From: a virus | Virus record (IMG/VR): IMGVR_UViG_3300049433_000139 | Span: 19,753 to 83,752 of that record | DNA: 64,000 nt | Direction: 5' to 3' (one strand) | In this document: in pieces, positions 9,058-19,546 of the stretch | Numbering within the stretch: position 1 is the stretch's first letter | Layout: each line of letters starts with the position of its first letter | Program-made: the position numbers and the translations under genes | The notes under the pieces: model-generated | Seen by the model: only the letters and a program-made list of their open reading frames with translations | Told to the model about the DNA's origin: nothing | Database searches by the model: none

Positions 9058-10146
9058 TTACGCATACTTCGCCCGCAATTGTTCGGTAGTGAGCGGCCGG
9101 CCAGACTGGTCGAGCAGGTCGCGAAAATTGATCTTGCCGCGGCGCCACAGGTCCGCTTTACCCACGCCAAGCACAGTGTCTTGCCGCGTCTCGGACTGTT
9201 TCTTTAACCACGCTTCAAAAGTGAGACTGGCGGGCTTCTGACCGTCCATGGTGGCACGCGTTGTTTGCGGGACTTCGTCAATTGGAATGCCTAGGTCGCG
9301 GAAACTCTTGAGCACAGGAATGGAAGTCGAACGGCAGCCGCGATGCAATTTTCCCGGCCCTTCAAGCCACGGCGGCCCGCCATCCTTGGAGAAATGATCG
9401 GGCGTGTTGCTGTAGAGGTGCTTGTCGCGCGTGATGCACCAAACGGACGTTCGCGTATCCAGGGTGGCGTGCCACTGCAGCGACGTAATCAGGTCGTCGT
9501 TTTCCACATACATCGCTTCGCGGCCGACGTTAGCTGCGGTTTGCACGGACGACCGCACTAGGCTTTCCGCAGAGCGCCGGCTGATTTCCATGATGCCGCG
9601 CTGGCCGGTCTTACCGCGCAGGCGCTCGATTAGCTTCGCGTTGGGTTCGCCGAGTGCGACGCCTTTGCGCATCTCGTCTGCAAACCGATTAGACAAGCCG
9701 GCAGCCTGACGGCCCCACCACTCCTGCGAGGACGCGCCTTGGATAAAGACATTGCCGACCAAGTTCTGCAGTGCTGCGCGAGTCAAACCAGCGTCGGCGA
9801 AAGTCGCTTGCATCGCCGTGTTCATGGTATCGCCGGTCCAAGTCGATTCCTGGTCAATGATTTCCCGAATCTCGCGCGTCATTAGCGTGGACACGTCGCG
9901 ATAGCCGCTCTTGATCGCGCTGCGCACTTCCGTAAGCAGTTTATCCAAGCGAGCACGCTGCTTGATGGCCTGCGTGACGCCAGTCGGATCGACCTTCGCC
10001 AGTTGGCCGACTAATTCGCTTTCAAGTTCACGCAAAAACACGGCGACCTTATCGCGCGTGCCCGCCTCAAGTCGCAGCAAGTCGATCGCCCGTTCGGTAA
10101 ACAGGTCGACTAGCGCGTCGTTGGTGGAAAGCGTTGTGGTGGTCAA
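9058..10146 (-). CDS. Minor head morphogenesis protein (SPP1 gp7/MuF-like)
   Basis: WHATLDTRTSVWC...LHRGCRS motif. Confidence 0.85.
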   Translation of the reverse strand: MTTTTLSTNDALVDLFTERAIDLLRLEAGTRDKVAVFLRELESELVGQLAKVDPTGVTQAIKQRARLDKLLTEVRSAIKSGYRDVSTLMTREIREIIDQESTWTGDTMNTAMQATFADAGLTRAALQNLVGNVFIQGASSQEWWGRQAAGLSNRFADEMRKGVALGEPNAKLIERLRGKTGQRGIMEISRRSAESLVRSSVQTAANVGREAMYVENDDLITSLQWHATLDTRTSVWCITRDKHLYSNTPDHFSKDGGPPWLEGPGKLHRGCRSTSIPVLKSFRDLGIPIDEVPQTTRATMDGQKPASLTFEAWLKKQSETRQDTVLGVGKADLWRRGKINFRDLLDQSGRPLTTEQLRAKYA

Positions 10147-11594
10147 ACCGCACCGCCCGCGTTAGGTGACGCGTGCAGGTCCATGCCTTGACCGGGCGGA
10201 ACTGCAAGCGTCGGGGCTTCGTCCAAAAGACGTTGCGCTTCCACTTCGGGATCGAAGGCCGGGCCGAGATAATCACGGCGCTGCATTTCATCCCACAGCG
10301 TCTCTCTAGAAATATCGCCGTTCGCGCGGGCAGCAATGAGCTGTTGCAAATCGCCACGCAGGGACGAAACGCCGAAATCTTTATTGACTTCGATCTCTCC
10401 GCCACTGCCGGGCGCAAGTCCGATGTACTCGCCCATGTATCCGAAGGCAGTTTCGATCGCGTCCTCAAGGGCACGCGCCATCATAGCGAGAGGCGAATTC
10501 TCTTTCGAGTCGTCGCGGATTTCGCCAGTGGCAGACTGTTTACCGGGTTTGTTGACGAGCAATTGAAGGCCCATAGCCTCCATTTGCCTTTCCAAATTTT
10601 CTAAATCCTTGTCGCCGGCACCGATCGCTGCGCCGGAATGTTCCGTATAAGTAAGCTTTGCGTTGGGATTGGACGTCCGAATCATCTCGTTCGCGCCAAG
10701 AACGAATTTATCTTCCGAATCGAACCCGGCGCCGAACAGGATTGCCACGCGTGCCGTATGGAGAATGTTGCGCTGGTCGCTCTGCGACTGCCAATGCGCG
10801 ACGTTGGTATCCGCCAGCTTTTCTAGCGGGGGCGAAAACGTCATGAACCCTGTTCGGTTCGCGTAGAACGGCACAAGCGTGATCTTCTGCAGACTGTTCG
10901 TGCCGTTCTCGTGCGGAATCCACTCGTCTCCCTGGTCACCGCTTGGTGACTTGCGGAACGTTTGCCAGGTGCCAGGTTCGATTACGCGAATCTGCTCGAT
11001 TTCTTTTTCTAGATACGGACCATCCTCTTCGGTCACGCATTCCAAAATACGAACCTGAGTCAGCGTCTCCGCGCCGTTGATGGTGGTTGACTTCCAACCG
11101 ATCAATCGTTCGACAGGGATGTGGACAAGATACGGCCGCCACTTTGTTGCGATGTAGTCGGCCTTGGTGGCGGGCTGCTTGTCGGCGCGTGTTGGGGGTG
11201 GTGGGGCGTCTACCAGGATGTAGCCACCGCCGACTTGCAGGCCGTCATAGAGCAAATCGCGAGCAAAGAGATTCAAATGGCGCCCGGTTGAGTCGATATC
11301 TTCCGCGAAGTCTTGCAGCGCTTGCGGTACGCTATCTGAAAGCTGAATTTCCTTTTGGAAAACCTTGCCGGTCATATCCTCGGCGGTTTTTCCGAACGCG
11401 TTAAATAGCGTCGAGCGCGCTTTGCGGTTGTCATACGCCGCTTGCGTTTCAGCCGGTTCTTTCGGCAGATACAGCGTACCCGCCTCACGCATCGCCTTAG
11501 TGCCGCCCACAAGCGTGCGCGGTAACTTGGCCGCCGTAATCATTGCGCCTTGCGTCTTGGAGACCGTCGCAACTGATTTGTTCGCGTCGGTCAT
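10143..11594 (-). CDS. Portal protein (DUF4055-like)
   Basis: GGTKAMREAGTLYLPK...PPLEKLADTNVAHWQSQSD; follows terL. Confidence 0.9.
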   Translation of the reverse strand: MTDANKSVATVSKTQGAMITAAKLPRTLVGGTKAMREAGTLYLPKEPAETQAAYDNRKARSTLFNAFGKTAEDMTGKVFQKEIQLSDSVPQALQDFAEDIDSTGRHLNLFARDLLYDGLQVGGGYILVDAPPPPTRADKQPATKADYIATKWRPYLVHIPVERLIGWKSTTINGAETLTQVRILECVTEEDGPYLEKEIEQIRVIEPGTWQTFRKSPSGDQGDEWIPHENGTNSLQKITLVPFYANRTGFMTFSPPLEKLADTNVAHWQSQSDQRNILHTARVAILFGAGFDSEDKFVLGANEMIRTSNPNAKLTYTEHSGAAIGAGDKDLENLERQMEAMGLQLLVNKPGKQSATGEIRDDSKENSPLAMMARALEDAIETAFGYMGEYIGLAPGSGGEIEVNKDFGVSSLRGDLQQLIAARANGDISRETLWDEMQRRDYLGPAFDPEVEAQRLLDEAPTLAVPPGQGMDLHASPNAGGAV

Positions 11595-12886
11595 ATAAGA
11601 AGCTCCCGCCGTGTGGTCGTATTCGCACGCCGCACGTTTTCCACGGCGTAGCGTTCGGCATCGATCGTGTGGTTGTTCTTATCTTCCAGTTCGGTCGTAA
11701 TCTTGTTAGTTTTATTATCGATTTTATACGAGTACAATTTGTGCTCGTCGATCGTGTGGAAACAGTCCGGGTGAATCACGATGTCATACGACTGCAAGAA
11801 CGTTACGCCGTCCTCGACCGAACCCGGACCCTTAATCGCTGCCGTCATGCGCGGATAGCCGTTCCGCTGCATGTACGAAATTGTTTCAGGCCGTGCACTA
11901 TCCGCTACAATCGGGATTCGCCGTGCGATAGACTGCCACTGTGGATCCCGCGCACGCGCAGGGGTCCAATCCGGATCGAGTTTGTCGAACAACGCGGGCG
12001 TACGATCAATTTCGCAACCGATCGCCCAAACCTCGCGCCAAACGTAAAGAGTTCGACCGATAATGAAGCAGATAAGTCCGACGGTCGGATCAACCGAAAA
12101 GCCCCAATCGCCGCCGCCGTAAAGCGTGGTCCCGGCGGGCGGAGAGTCGAACCGTTCCACTTTCCAGTTGTGCAAAACCTGCGCTTCTGAATTCTGTCGA
12201 TAGCCGCCGCGCCAAATCCAATTGTATTTGTCAGTGTCGCGTAACTTGTCGCGTTCCATGTCCGCCCGCAGGCCCGGCGGAAACCACGGATGATCCTCAT
12301 AGTTGACCGTGATGCATGCAAAGTCCGGATCATTCGCCGCCATGTTCTCACGAAAGAACTTGTCGACAGGATCGTCCGGAAATTCTGGATTCCACGAAAA
12401 GCGCTGTTGCGATCCGTCTGCGCGAAACGTCGGCGTGGCCAAATCAAGAGAACGCTGCGTTAGCGTCTGCGACTCTTCGTACCAGCCGCGCGTAAAGCCC
12501 TCTAACGATTTGATCGACGCGGCAGTATGGTTTTGTAGACCGCGGAAAATCGCCAAACTGCCGGTATGCGGACAGACAATTTCGCGCTCGGTGATCTTGA
12601 ACCACGGCGCGATCGGCCAAAGCTTTCCAGTATCGACGTCCACGGCTTTGAACGTATTTATTTTATCCTCAAGGAGCTGCTTAACTGAGTCCTTAATGCT
12701 GTTCTGGATTTCACGAACACATGCGAGACGCGTGTGTTCTGACCACATTTCTTCAATCGACTGGCCGCCAAAGTAGTGACTCTTGGCACCGCCGCGCCCG
12801 CCTTTAGCGCCCTGATATCGCCGACCGGAGAGCAAAGGTACATAAGCGCGCGGCGTCGCCACCTCCAAGCAAAGGCCGTCAATCAT
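11591..12886 (-). CDS. terL: Terminase large subunit (PBSX-like)
   Basis: GGRGGAKS Walker A, WYEE Walker B, DWGF..DP and NHTIDAERY nuclease motifs. Confidence 0.95.
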   Translation of the reverse strand: MIDGLCLEVATPRAYVPLLSGRRYQGAKGGRGGAKSHYFGGQSIEEMWSEHTRLACVREIQNSIKDSVKQLLEDKINTFKAVDVDTGKLWPIAPWFKITEREIVCPHTGSLAIFRGLQNHTAASIKSLEGFTRGWYEESQTLTQRSLDLATPTFRADGSQQRFSWNPEFPDDPVDKFFRENMAANDPDFACITVNYEDHPWFPPGLRADMERDKLRDTDKYNWIWRGGYRQNSEAQVLHNWKVERFDSPPAGTTLYGGGDWGFSVDPTVGLICFIIGRTLYVWREVWAIGCEIDRTPALFDKLDPDWTPARARDPQWQSIARRIPIVADSARPETISYMQRNGYPRMTAAIKGPGSVEDGVTFLQSYDIVIHPDCFHTIDEHKLYSYKIDNKTNKITTELEDKNNHTIDAERYAVENVRRANTTTRRELLI

Positions 12887-13359
12887 AGGACGCTCTGCTC
12901 TGCAGTTGGGTCCACGATTAGCCGCTTGACTGTGATCTGCTTTACTTCGGGTGTCGCGCTTTCGTCTGCGGCAACTTTACTCTTTCCAGGCTTGCCGCCC
13001 ACAATCCCCAACTCTTCGGCAATCTGGCGAAACACCGCCCGCGCTTCCGCCGGCTGGTTGTTGTTCTCATACCGTTCGGCCTGGCGGCTCAATACGATCA
13101 AGCGGGCGCGCTGTTCCGCGAACGGCGCCAACGTTTCGTCGAGCAGGACGCGTTCCCGTTCGTTTTTGAAAAGCGAATAGAGGTCAGGCGACACGACGGC
13201 TAGGCGCGGATCGGTTGCGCGAACGTCGTCCTCGTGACAGGCGGTGTCCCGGAAGCGCGCCGCGAATGCAGTAGCGATATCCTTGGGCGTCTCGAAAACC
13301 GCCAGCCGGCGCACGATGAATTGTTTCTGTTCCGTGGTGTGCGCGTTACGTGTGGCCAT
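12883..13359 (-). CDS. Terminase small subunit-like (DUF2280-like)
   Basis: MATRNAHTTEQKQFIVRRLAVFETP; directly upstream of terL with overlap. Confidence 0.75.
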   Translation of the reverse strand: MATRNAHTTEQKQFIVRRLAVFETPKDIATAFAARFRDTACHEDDVRATDPRLAVVSPDLYSLFKNERERVLLDETLAPFAEQRARLIVLSRQAERYENNNQPAEARAVFRQIAEELGIVGGKPGKSKVAADESATPEVKQITVKRLIVDPTAEQSVL

Positions 13360-13817
13360 AAGACTACAGGGCGTCCCGCCCCGCCCTTCCGCGCTCCGCA
13401 AGCAAGCTGAGTGTTTTGACTGCGCTTTTGGCCCTATAAGAGCCGTTATCGCGTATGGAAAAACGCAGGCTTGGGGCGCCATCCCAAGATTAGGGTGCTG
13501 CAAACGCCTCGCGACGCAAGACGTATGGCCACTGCGTATTCGGAGCACCTGCAAATGTGACAGGCAGCACACGGGTTAACCGGCCGGTCCCCGCTCCGAA
13601 TTAGAAATTCACCGCGCTTTATTCGGCCGTTAACGGCCACCGCCCGACTCGCGCCGGGTTGGCAGGGGGCGCGTCCCTGTCGTTTGGTGCCCGGCGTTCC
13701 ACCGGACGGCGGACCTACGCGGCCGCTGCACTTCTTGTCGTCCGGCGCCGCGCGACATGCGCGAACGCCCTAAATTCTGACTTGGTGACGGGGCGCAGGG
13801 GCAGCGCCGGACGATGG

Positions 13818-13858
13818 AAAACCCCGCCATATGCGCTTCCGTGAGAGGCGGGCGGGGT
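13818..13858 (-). terminator. Terminator-like hairpin in the late leader
   Basis: ACCCCGCC...GGCGGGGT followed by TTT on the - strand. Confidence 0.5.
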
Positions 13859-13868
13859 GTTGTTTTCT

Positions 13869-13920
13869 GCAGGAAGTCAGCGATCGGTTACATGGCAAGA
13901 AGTCGGCGAACGGTTACATG
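13869..13920. repeat. Tandem 26-bp direct repeat (2 units, 3 mismatches)
   Basis: GCAGGAAGTCAGCGATCGGTTACATG / GCAAGAAGTCGGCGAACGGTTACATG. Confidence 0.9.
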
Positions 13921-13952
13921 ATGTGATCTTGAGACTTTCTCACGGCTCGCAG

Positions 13953-13981
13953 AATGTATCATTCGCTGCCCCGATTGTCAA
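13953..13981 (-). promoter_or_regulatory. Near-consensus sigma70 late promoter
   Basis: TTGACA-N17-TACATT with TGn extension. Confidence 0.75.
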
Positions 13982-14010
13982 CTGTTGGCAAAAGTGCCGA
14001 AAGTTGACAG

Positions 14011-14265
14011 CTAGGCGAGGACAAGCCGGATGCCAGTGCGAATCGCTTCCAGTCGCGAAAGGTCCACGGTGGTAGCGCCGGGCTGCTTCGCCTGACACTC
14101 CCGAATATAGCCGCCGATCAGCGCGTCCTCGACATGCTGGCGCGATTCAGCGGTGGGCATCGCATTTTCCACGGCAGCGGACGCTTCACGAACCATTTTC
14201 CGGACCGTTTCGGCGTCGAAGGTAGTCTCGTTACCGTTCGTATAAGGCTTCCGCTTGGTGCTCAC
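14011..14265 (-). CDS. Hypothetical protein
   Basis: GTGA overlap with the upstream gene; RBS GGAA. Confidence 0.6.
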   Translation of the reverse strand: MSTKRKPYTNGNETTFDAETVRKMVREASAAVENAMPTAESRQHVEDALIGGYIRECQAKQPGATTVDLSRLEAIRTGIRLVLA

Positions 14266-14693
14266 TTCGTTTCCTTCCGTGGGCTGAATTGCCAGTCTCT
14301 CCGCATCCCCCTGGGCACGTTGCCCCGCAGAACTGCGAAATGTTTTAAGGCCGTGGCCAAGTGCCCGCGCGCCGTGCCCTTGCGCCACCGATTTGACGCA
14401 TCGATATCGGCCAGTGAGTGCTCGTGGAAAAGCACGGCGTCGGCGACGCGCAACGGCACTGTGTCGCGCAAGTCCACCCGCCACGCGGGGTACGCCTTGC
14501 CCAGGTCCGATCGGTGCGCGGCGTGATCGTCCGCGGCGTCGGGCCGGGGTAGAGCAATGGGAGTGTCCAAGTCCGGATCCCGCGCGACGGGTTGGCCGGC
14601 GGCCATCTTGAACGCGGCAAGGATTTCATCCGCTGCCTGGTATTCGAACATATCCATGTAGGGGCGGAGGCGCGCGAGTGGTGCGGCCGACAT
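14262..14693 (-). CDS. Putative late-gene activator/antiterminator (DUF6456-like HTH)
   Basis: C-terminal SLADIDASNRWRKGTARGHLATALKHFA HTH-like pattern; sits in the Q-like position upstream of the late promoter. Confidence 0.5.
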   Translation of the reverse strand: MSAAPLARLRPYMDMFEYQAADEILAAFKMAAGQPVARDPDLDTPIALPRPDAADDHAAHRSDLGKAYPAWRVDLRDTVPLRVADAVLFHEHSLADIDASNRWRKGTARGHLATALKHFAVLRGNVPRGMRRDWQFSPRKETK

Positions 14694-14752
14694 ACGAGCG
14701 CCTTGCGGTGCGCGCTTGATCTTGTTGGAGCGAGGAAGGGAGGTACGGCGTT

Positions 14753-16871
14753 TCACCACCCACCGTCCCCGCGACGATCTACGTTAAACTGAGCGAACAG
14801 CGTACCCCACCGCGTATAAATCCACAGACGTTTTGCGGTGTTCGGGGCCGTTGGTTGGATGTCCAATAATGAAAATACCGCTATCCGCCACCATGGCCAC
14901 TGCCACGGGCGCGGCGCTGCGTCGTGCTGCACCCCCTTGTATCGCAGTGAACTGTCAGAGTATAAACCGTCGGCAGTCCACGGCGCATCGTCCCAATGCG
15001 CTGCGTTCAATTCGATATGAATTGGATAAACGTTCGTCCAGGATCGCGGTGTCCGAAATCGAATGTTGCGTTCCGAGGTCACTTCCGCGTACCCCGCCAC
15101 GCATCTCTTAGAGACTCGCCGAAGTCCTCTTGGACGCACCTGGCAATCGCCTCGGCGAGCCACAGGCCGGAAAGCGCGACGACTATCGCGGCGATCGTCA
15201 CGACAACCACAGCGCGGCGGAGCAGAGTAGGGCGGATGTCAGATAGGGTCACCGTGGCGGTTTCCAATTTTGGGCGTCAATGCTGTACAACACGATTCCG
15301 ACCCATTTCGCCGGCATGACGTAAATCAACCATGGAAATCGGGTACGTAATAGCAATAAGCCGTTTTCGGTTAGCGGAAGTCATCCGAACCGTCCGCCGT
15401 ATGAGCGCGCGTAGTGAATACGCAGCCCGAGAAAATAGACTTCGGTGTCATATTTCGTCGCGCTAAAAACTTTGAACCACTGCGGCGAGAGGCCGACCGA
15501 CACCTTGTTGGAAAAACTCTTACCGTCCCCGACGAACGAATCGGGGAACATCGTTTCCCAACAGAAACGAAACAAACAATAGCCGTACCACATGCGGCGG
15601 TAACGATGATTCGGGGTGCGCCAGCGGAAATTTTCAAGCACCATGAAGAAACTCCGCACGCCGTGCCGCGAGTGTCTTGCCCGCCACCTTGCGGAGTGGC
15701 AATCCGCCTACCAAGTTACTCCGCACGCCCCAACCTAACCCCGCGTCCAGCTCGTAGCGCTCCGCCTTCACGCGCCCTTTCCAGAACGCGTTGATATGGT
15801 CGGCGAGCAGACCGGCGCCGTACTTGGAAAAGAAATCAGTCTTGGGCGGGAAGGGGGACTTGCGCGACATTACGCCACCTTCCGGGTAGTAGTGGTGATT
15901 TCAACGTGAGCACCGCTCCAGTGAATCCACTGCGTTTCGTCGCCGGTCACCATGGAAAATGTCGCGCCTTGCTGGACCGCGCGATCCTTGAGCATCGCAT
16001 CGAGCAGCATCCGTTCAAGGCGCGACTTGCCAATGCCGGCAGGGCCTTCAATGGTCACTCGAATGGTGCGGGGTCGCTCGGGATGGTACTCTTGCTTCGG
16101 CTTGGGCACGGTACTGCATTTCCTTGTGTCGGGTGCAGCATGTAGGCAAATTTGTAAAAAGTCAACAGAAATCTGAGGACTTAGGAACGGGTGGCCTCCT
16201 TAACCGCAAAATAAACTGCGTAGACAATTGCACCGTCTGTTTCGTTACCATTGAACTTCTTTCGAATCGAGCGCAGCGCTTCAACCCCCGCTGCCAATTG
16301 CGCATCCGTCAGGTGATCCGCTTGCTCGCGTTCTGCACGCGTCGCCCGATACGCTTCAAAGAATTTGATCGGACTGAAACGTTCAAACGCAGAAATTCCC
16401 GCTTTCGAATCGTCATATCCCGCCGCAAGGAACATCTCGATCAGTTGCTCTATGTTGTCGCGCACGTCTCATCCTCGGCTTGTTCGCGCGGAAAGAACGG
16501 GTCGCGCGCTTCGTAAATCTGGCGCATGGCGCTTTGGTAAGCAAGACGTGCGCGACACCGATCAAGCAGCCGTTGGGTCTCGACTGCTACGGCATCGTCC
16601 ACGGCTTTTCGGAGTTTGGCGGTGTCAAACTTCACCGTTCGCGCCCGCCCGCCAGAGATCGCGCCTTAACGGCATCTTCCGTTTCGTAAAAATGAAGTAG
16701 TTTCTTTGCCGAACTTGCTGCCTCTTTAGCATTGATTTGCATCCCGGCAACGTCTCCGCTTTCTTTCGCTCTCTTGTCGAGAAACGGTAATAACCACTCG
16801 ATGTGTTGCGCTAAATCGCGCGTGGTTTGAACCAGTTTACGATATCGATCTTCTTTTTCTTGCGCGATCAT
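14753..16871 (-). CDS. Cluster of small hypothetical phage genes (approx. 14753-15080, 15079-15267, 15381-15637, 15634-15870, 15870-16109, 16181-16465, 16450-16635, 16632-16871)
   Basis: Tightly packed co-oriented ORFs, several with stop/start overlaps. Confidence 0.6.
16137..16165 (-). promoter_or_regulatory. Phage promoter motif copy
   Basis: TCAG-N7-TTGACT-TTTTACAAATTTGCCTA-CATGCT. Confidence 0.6.
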
Positions 16872-17137
16872 TTCGCCGCTCCTAGAATTCGATAAACATA
16901 CGCCCTACTACAACCAACCAATACCGCAATCCGCTCCACCACGATACCCTGCGCCGCCAGTCCGCGCACCATCCTTGGTGTGTCGGAGGTGGAGGTGCGG
17001 GCCTTCCTGGTGCGGTTGGAGCGGTGTTGGCGGAGGACGCCGTAGACGTAGCCGAGCGAGACGGGGAGGGACGCCGCGATCTCGGCGGGGTGCTTACCGG
17101 CGTCGTGGAGGGATAGGATTGCGGCGGTGTGATTCAT
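16868..17137 (-). CDS. Tandem helix-turn-helix protein
   Basis: Two repeats: AEIAASLPVSLGYVYGVL and ERIAVLVGCSRAYVYRIL. Confidence 0.7.
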   Translation of the reverse strand: MNHTAAILSLHDAGKHPAEIAASLPVSLGYVYGVLRQHRSNRTRKARTSTSDTPRMVRGLAAQGIVVERIAVLVGCSRAYVYRILGAAK

Positions 17138-17790
17138 GCGCGGACAGGTCCGCCGTGTTCAACCCATTCGCCGGTTTCAATGTCAACTGCGCTGTCAAAA
17201 CTGCCTTGAAAATCACCCCATCCGCCAGCCGGATAATAGTCGTCACCAGCGAAAACCAAATATCGTTTCATTTAACTCTCGTCGATTGCTGCGCGCGACG
17301 ATGCCGCTTCGATGGCGCTCGCAAGATTTTCGAATTCTAACGCAATTTCATACTGATGGGCATGTTCCGCAAACCCGTGAATAGCGCGTGCGCGCTCGCG
17401 CAGTATCGCAACAAGTGTTTCTGCGTTTATCATCATGCTTCCCGCTTGCGATGCTCAAGGACAATATCCCGCCTCGCGCGAAACTCGTTCATAGCGTCAT
17501 CCATAAGATTCGCGCCAGACATTTGGAAGGCATAATCCCAAACCATGTCCATCAGCGCGGCCTTGGATAAGGCTTCCATCTCCTTTCGGAACTCGAAAGG
17601 AACGAAAACAGGAGGTTGGTTTTTTGAGGTTCATTTCGCCACCCGCCGCACCCCAATGCGCTTTTTCTTGTCATCTCGATTCATCGCTCGGGCAATCTGC
17701 GTCGCTTCGGTTTTGGAAATGCCCGTCAACACAACAGTGAGGTCGTATCTGTGAAAAACTTCGTGTTTCGGAGTGCTCTGGCGGGCCATG
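17134..17790 (-). CDS. Four very small genes (MARQSTPK..., MEALSKAAL..., MMINAETL..., MKRYLVFAGDDYYPAGGWGDF...)
   Basis: Read manually; mostly below the ORF-track cutoff; RBSs and stop/start coupling. Confidence 0.55.
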
Positions 17791-17814
17791 GCGTCCTCGT
17801 CTGTCTGTGACGCA

Positions 17815-17842
17815 AACCTACGCCAAATTTGCAAACAGTCAA
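17815..17842 (-). promoter_or_regulatory. Phage promoter motif copy
   Basis: TCAA-TTATGTG-TTGACT-GTTTGCAAATTTGGCG-TAGGTT. Confidence 0.7.
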
Positions 17843-17920
17843 CACATAATTGAACTGGTCACGGTTTAGTGAAACGCCAATTTATACAGCCACGCTTTAC
17901 TTTTCGCCCCGCTCGCAAAC

Positions 17921-19546
17921 CTACGCAGCCGCAAGGCCCGGCATCGGCACCGGCAACACCGTCCCATCCGCCGTAATCTGCAATACCGAGTTCCGACTTT
18001 GGCCATTCGGCACGAGCAGCGCCCCGTCCGAACGTATCCACCGCGCCGCCCGCGCATGATCGGCCAACGAATCGGCCAAAACGTGCTCCACTAGGTCGGA
18101 AGTGACTGCCGTTATGGCGCTTCCTTCCTCCAAGGGTCGGCCAAAAACTCTTAGTATCGGCAGCCACCCGCCGTCTCGCGCCGAGCCCGTCTTGTAGCTC
18201 GATATAAGAGCAGCGCCGCTCGGGGTTTCCAATAGACTCGCTGCCTTGGCCGGCCCGCGCTCGCCGGCTCGCATATCATAGCCGCAGCCGGGACAGTCCA
18301 TGACGCCCTTGGTCACGCACACGAGGCACGCGGGGCATAGTTTGGTCATTGGCTCGTCGCAGGACCAGCACCGGGCCGACGCTGCGGCGTTGCGTTTGTT
18401 GCAGGCGTCGCAGGACACTAGGCGCGCGGCGGTGTCTTTAGGGCGTATCCAATCGATCGGTCCGAATTCGCTAGTGTTGTCCGCGAAGTCCAAAAGTAAC
18501 CCATCCGCCTTTCCGCGTCGGATTGATTCCTCAATGTTGCCGCCGATCGTGCGAAGTAGTCGCCCTAGAATCTGTATCCATAGACTAAGCGACTTCGTGC
18601 GGCGCCGACAAACCAACAAGTCAATTTCCTGGACGTCGAAACCCGTAGTCAAACATCGGACGTTCACAAGAGCGCGCAATTTACCAGAGCGTAGAGCCTC
18701 GACGTTGAACTTTCGATTCGCCGCTTCGGCCCTAGTTCTATCACCGAGCACAAGTCCGGTTGGGATGCCCCATTCGTTCATGCGCGCCGACATGGCTTCT
18801 GCGGAGTTTCTAGAAGCCTCGAACACTAACCAGGTGCGGCGGTCCCGACCGTAATGCAGCATTTGAGCGATGTGATTATCAATCATTGTGATCATTTGCG
18901 CATCAGACGACGCGCCTGTGTATTCGCCTTGAGCGACGCGCAGTTTTGTCACATCGATTTTATCATCGACCGCAGCAGAGAACGGCGTGACCAGGTAGCC
19001 GTCGCGGATCCCGTCCATGATATCGTAATTATAGACGATCTTGTCATACGGAGCGCCTTCACCTTCGACCAGTGACCCGCCCATGAGACGAAACGCCGTG
19101 CCCGTTCCGCCGACCGTGCGCGGATATCCCAACCCTCGACGCAGCGTGTGCAGCATTCCGGATTCGCCGTGCGAGGCCGTGTGCGCTTCGTCCTCAATAA
19201 GCAAGTCGATTGGTCCAAACGAGCCTGCGTAGGCATGGACACTGTTAATGGACGCCACGATCATTGGAGCGCGCCACACTCGTTTACCGAGGGCGGCGGA
19301 ATTGACGCCAACTTGCAGCCCCATGGATAGCGCAGCGCTTTCGATCTGCTCGACCAACTCGCGCGTTGGTGCGACCGCAAGCACGCGCCCGCCGCGCTCG
19401 ATACAGCGACGGGAAGTCTCAGCGTAAAAAAGCGACTTGCCAGCCGACACACACATGTTAGCCAAGGGACGATTGATGCCGGCGCGGAACGCGTCGTCTA
19501 CGGCGTCGGCGGCCTCCAGTTGATGTCGACGAAGCGTGATGGTCAC
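17921..19546 (-). CDS. SF2 DEAH helicase with C-terminal zinc ribbons (RadD/YejH-like)
   Basis: SAGKS, DEAH, LTTGFDV and QILGRLLR motifs; CxxC pairs. Confidence 0.9.
   Translation of the reverse strand: MTITLRRHQLEAADAVDDAFRAGINRPLANMCVSAGKSLFYAETSRRCIERGGRVLAVAPTRELVEQIESAALSMGLQVGVNSAALGKRVWRAPMIVASINSVHAYAGSFGPIDLLIEDEAHTASHGESGMLHTLRRGLGYPRTVGGTGTAFRLMGGSLVEGEGAPYDKIVYNYDIMDGIRDGYLVTPFSAAVDDKIDVTKLRVAQGEYTGASSDAQMITMIDNHIAQMLHYGRDRRTWLVFEASRNSAEAMSARMNEWGIPTGLVLGDRTRAEAANRKFNVEALRSGKLRALVNVRCLTTGFDVQEIDLLVCRRRTKSLSLWIQILGRLLRTIGGNIEESIRRGKADGLLLDFADNTSEFGPIDWIRPKDTAARLVSCDACNKRNAAASARCWSCDEPMTKLCPACLVCVTKGVMDCPGCGYDMRAGERGPAKAASLLETPSGAALISSYKTGSARDGGWLPILRVFGRPLEEGSAITAVTSDLVEHVLADSLADHARAARWIRSDGALLVPNGQSRNSVLQITADGTVLPVPMPGLAAA

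Larger units (their letters stand above)
13360..13946 (-). ncRNA. Candidate structured late-operon leader RNA
   Basis: About 590 nt with no credible ORF between a strong promoter and terS; several stems, a pseudoknot and a terminator-like hairpin. Confidence 0.45.

Noticed and set aside
13869-13920. Possible mini-CRISPR array
   Set aside because: Only two adjacent units with no spacer, and no cas operon in the window
16868-17137. GcrA homologue
   Set aside because: HTH resemblance only; lacks the GcrA W..E...L..LW and NAVIGK..RL signature and the C-terminal domain
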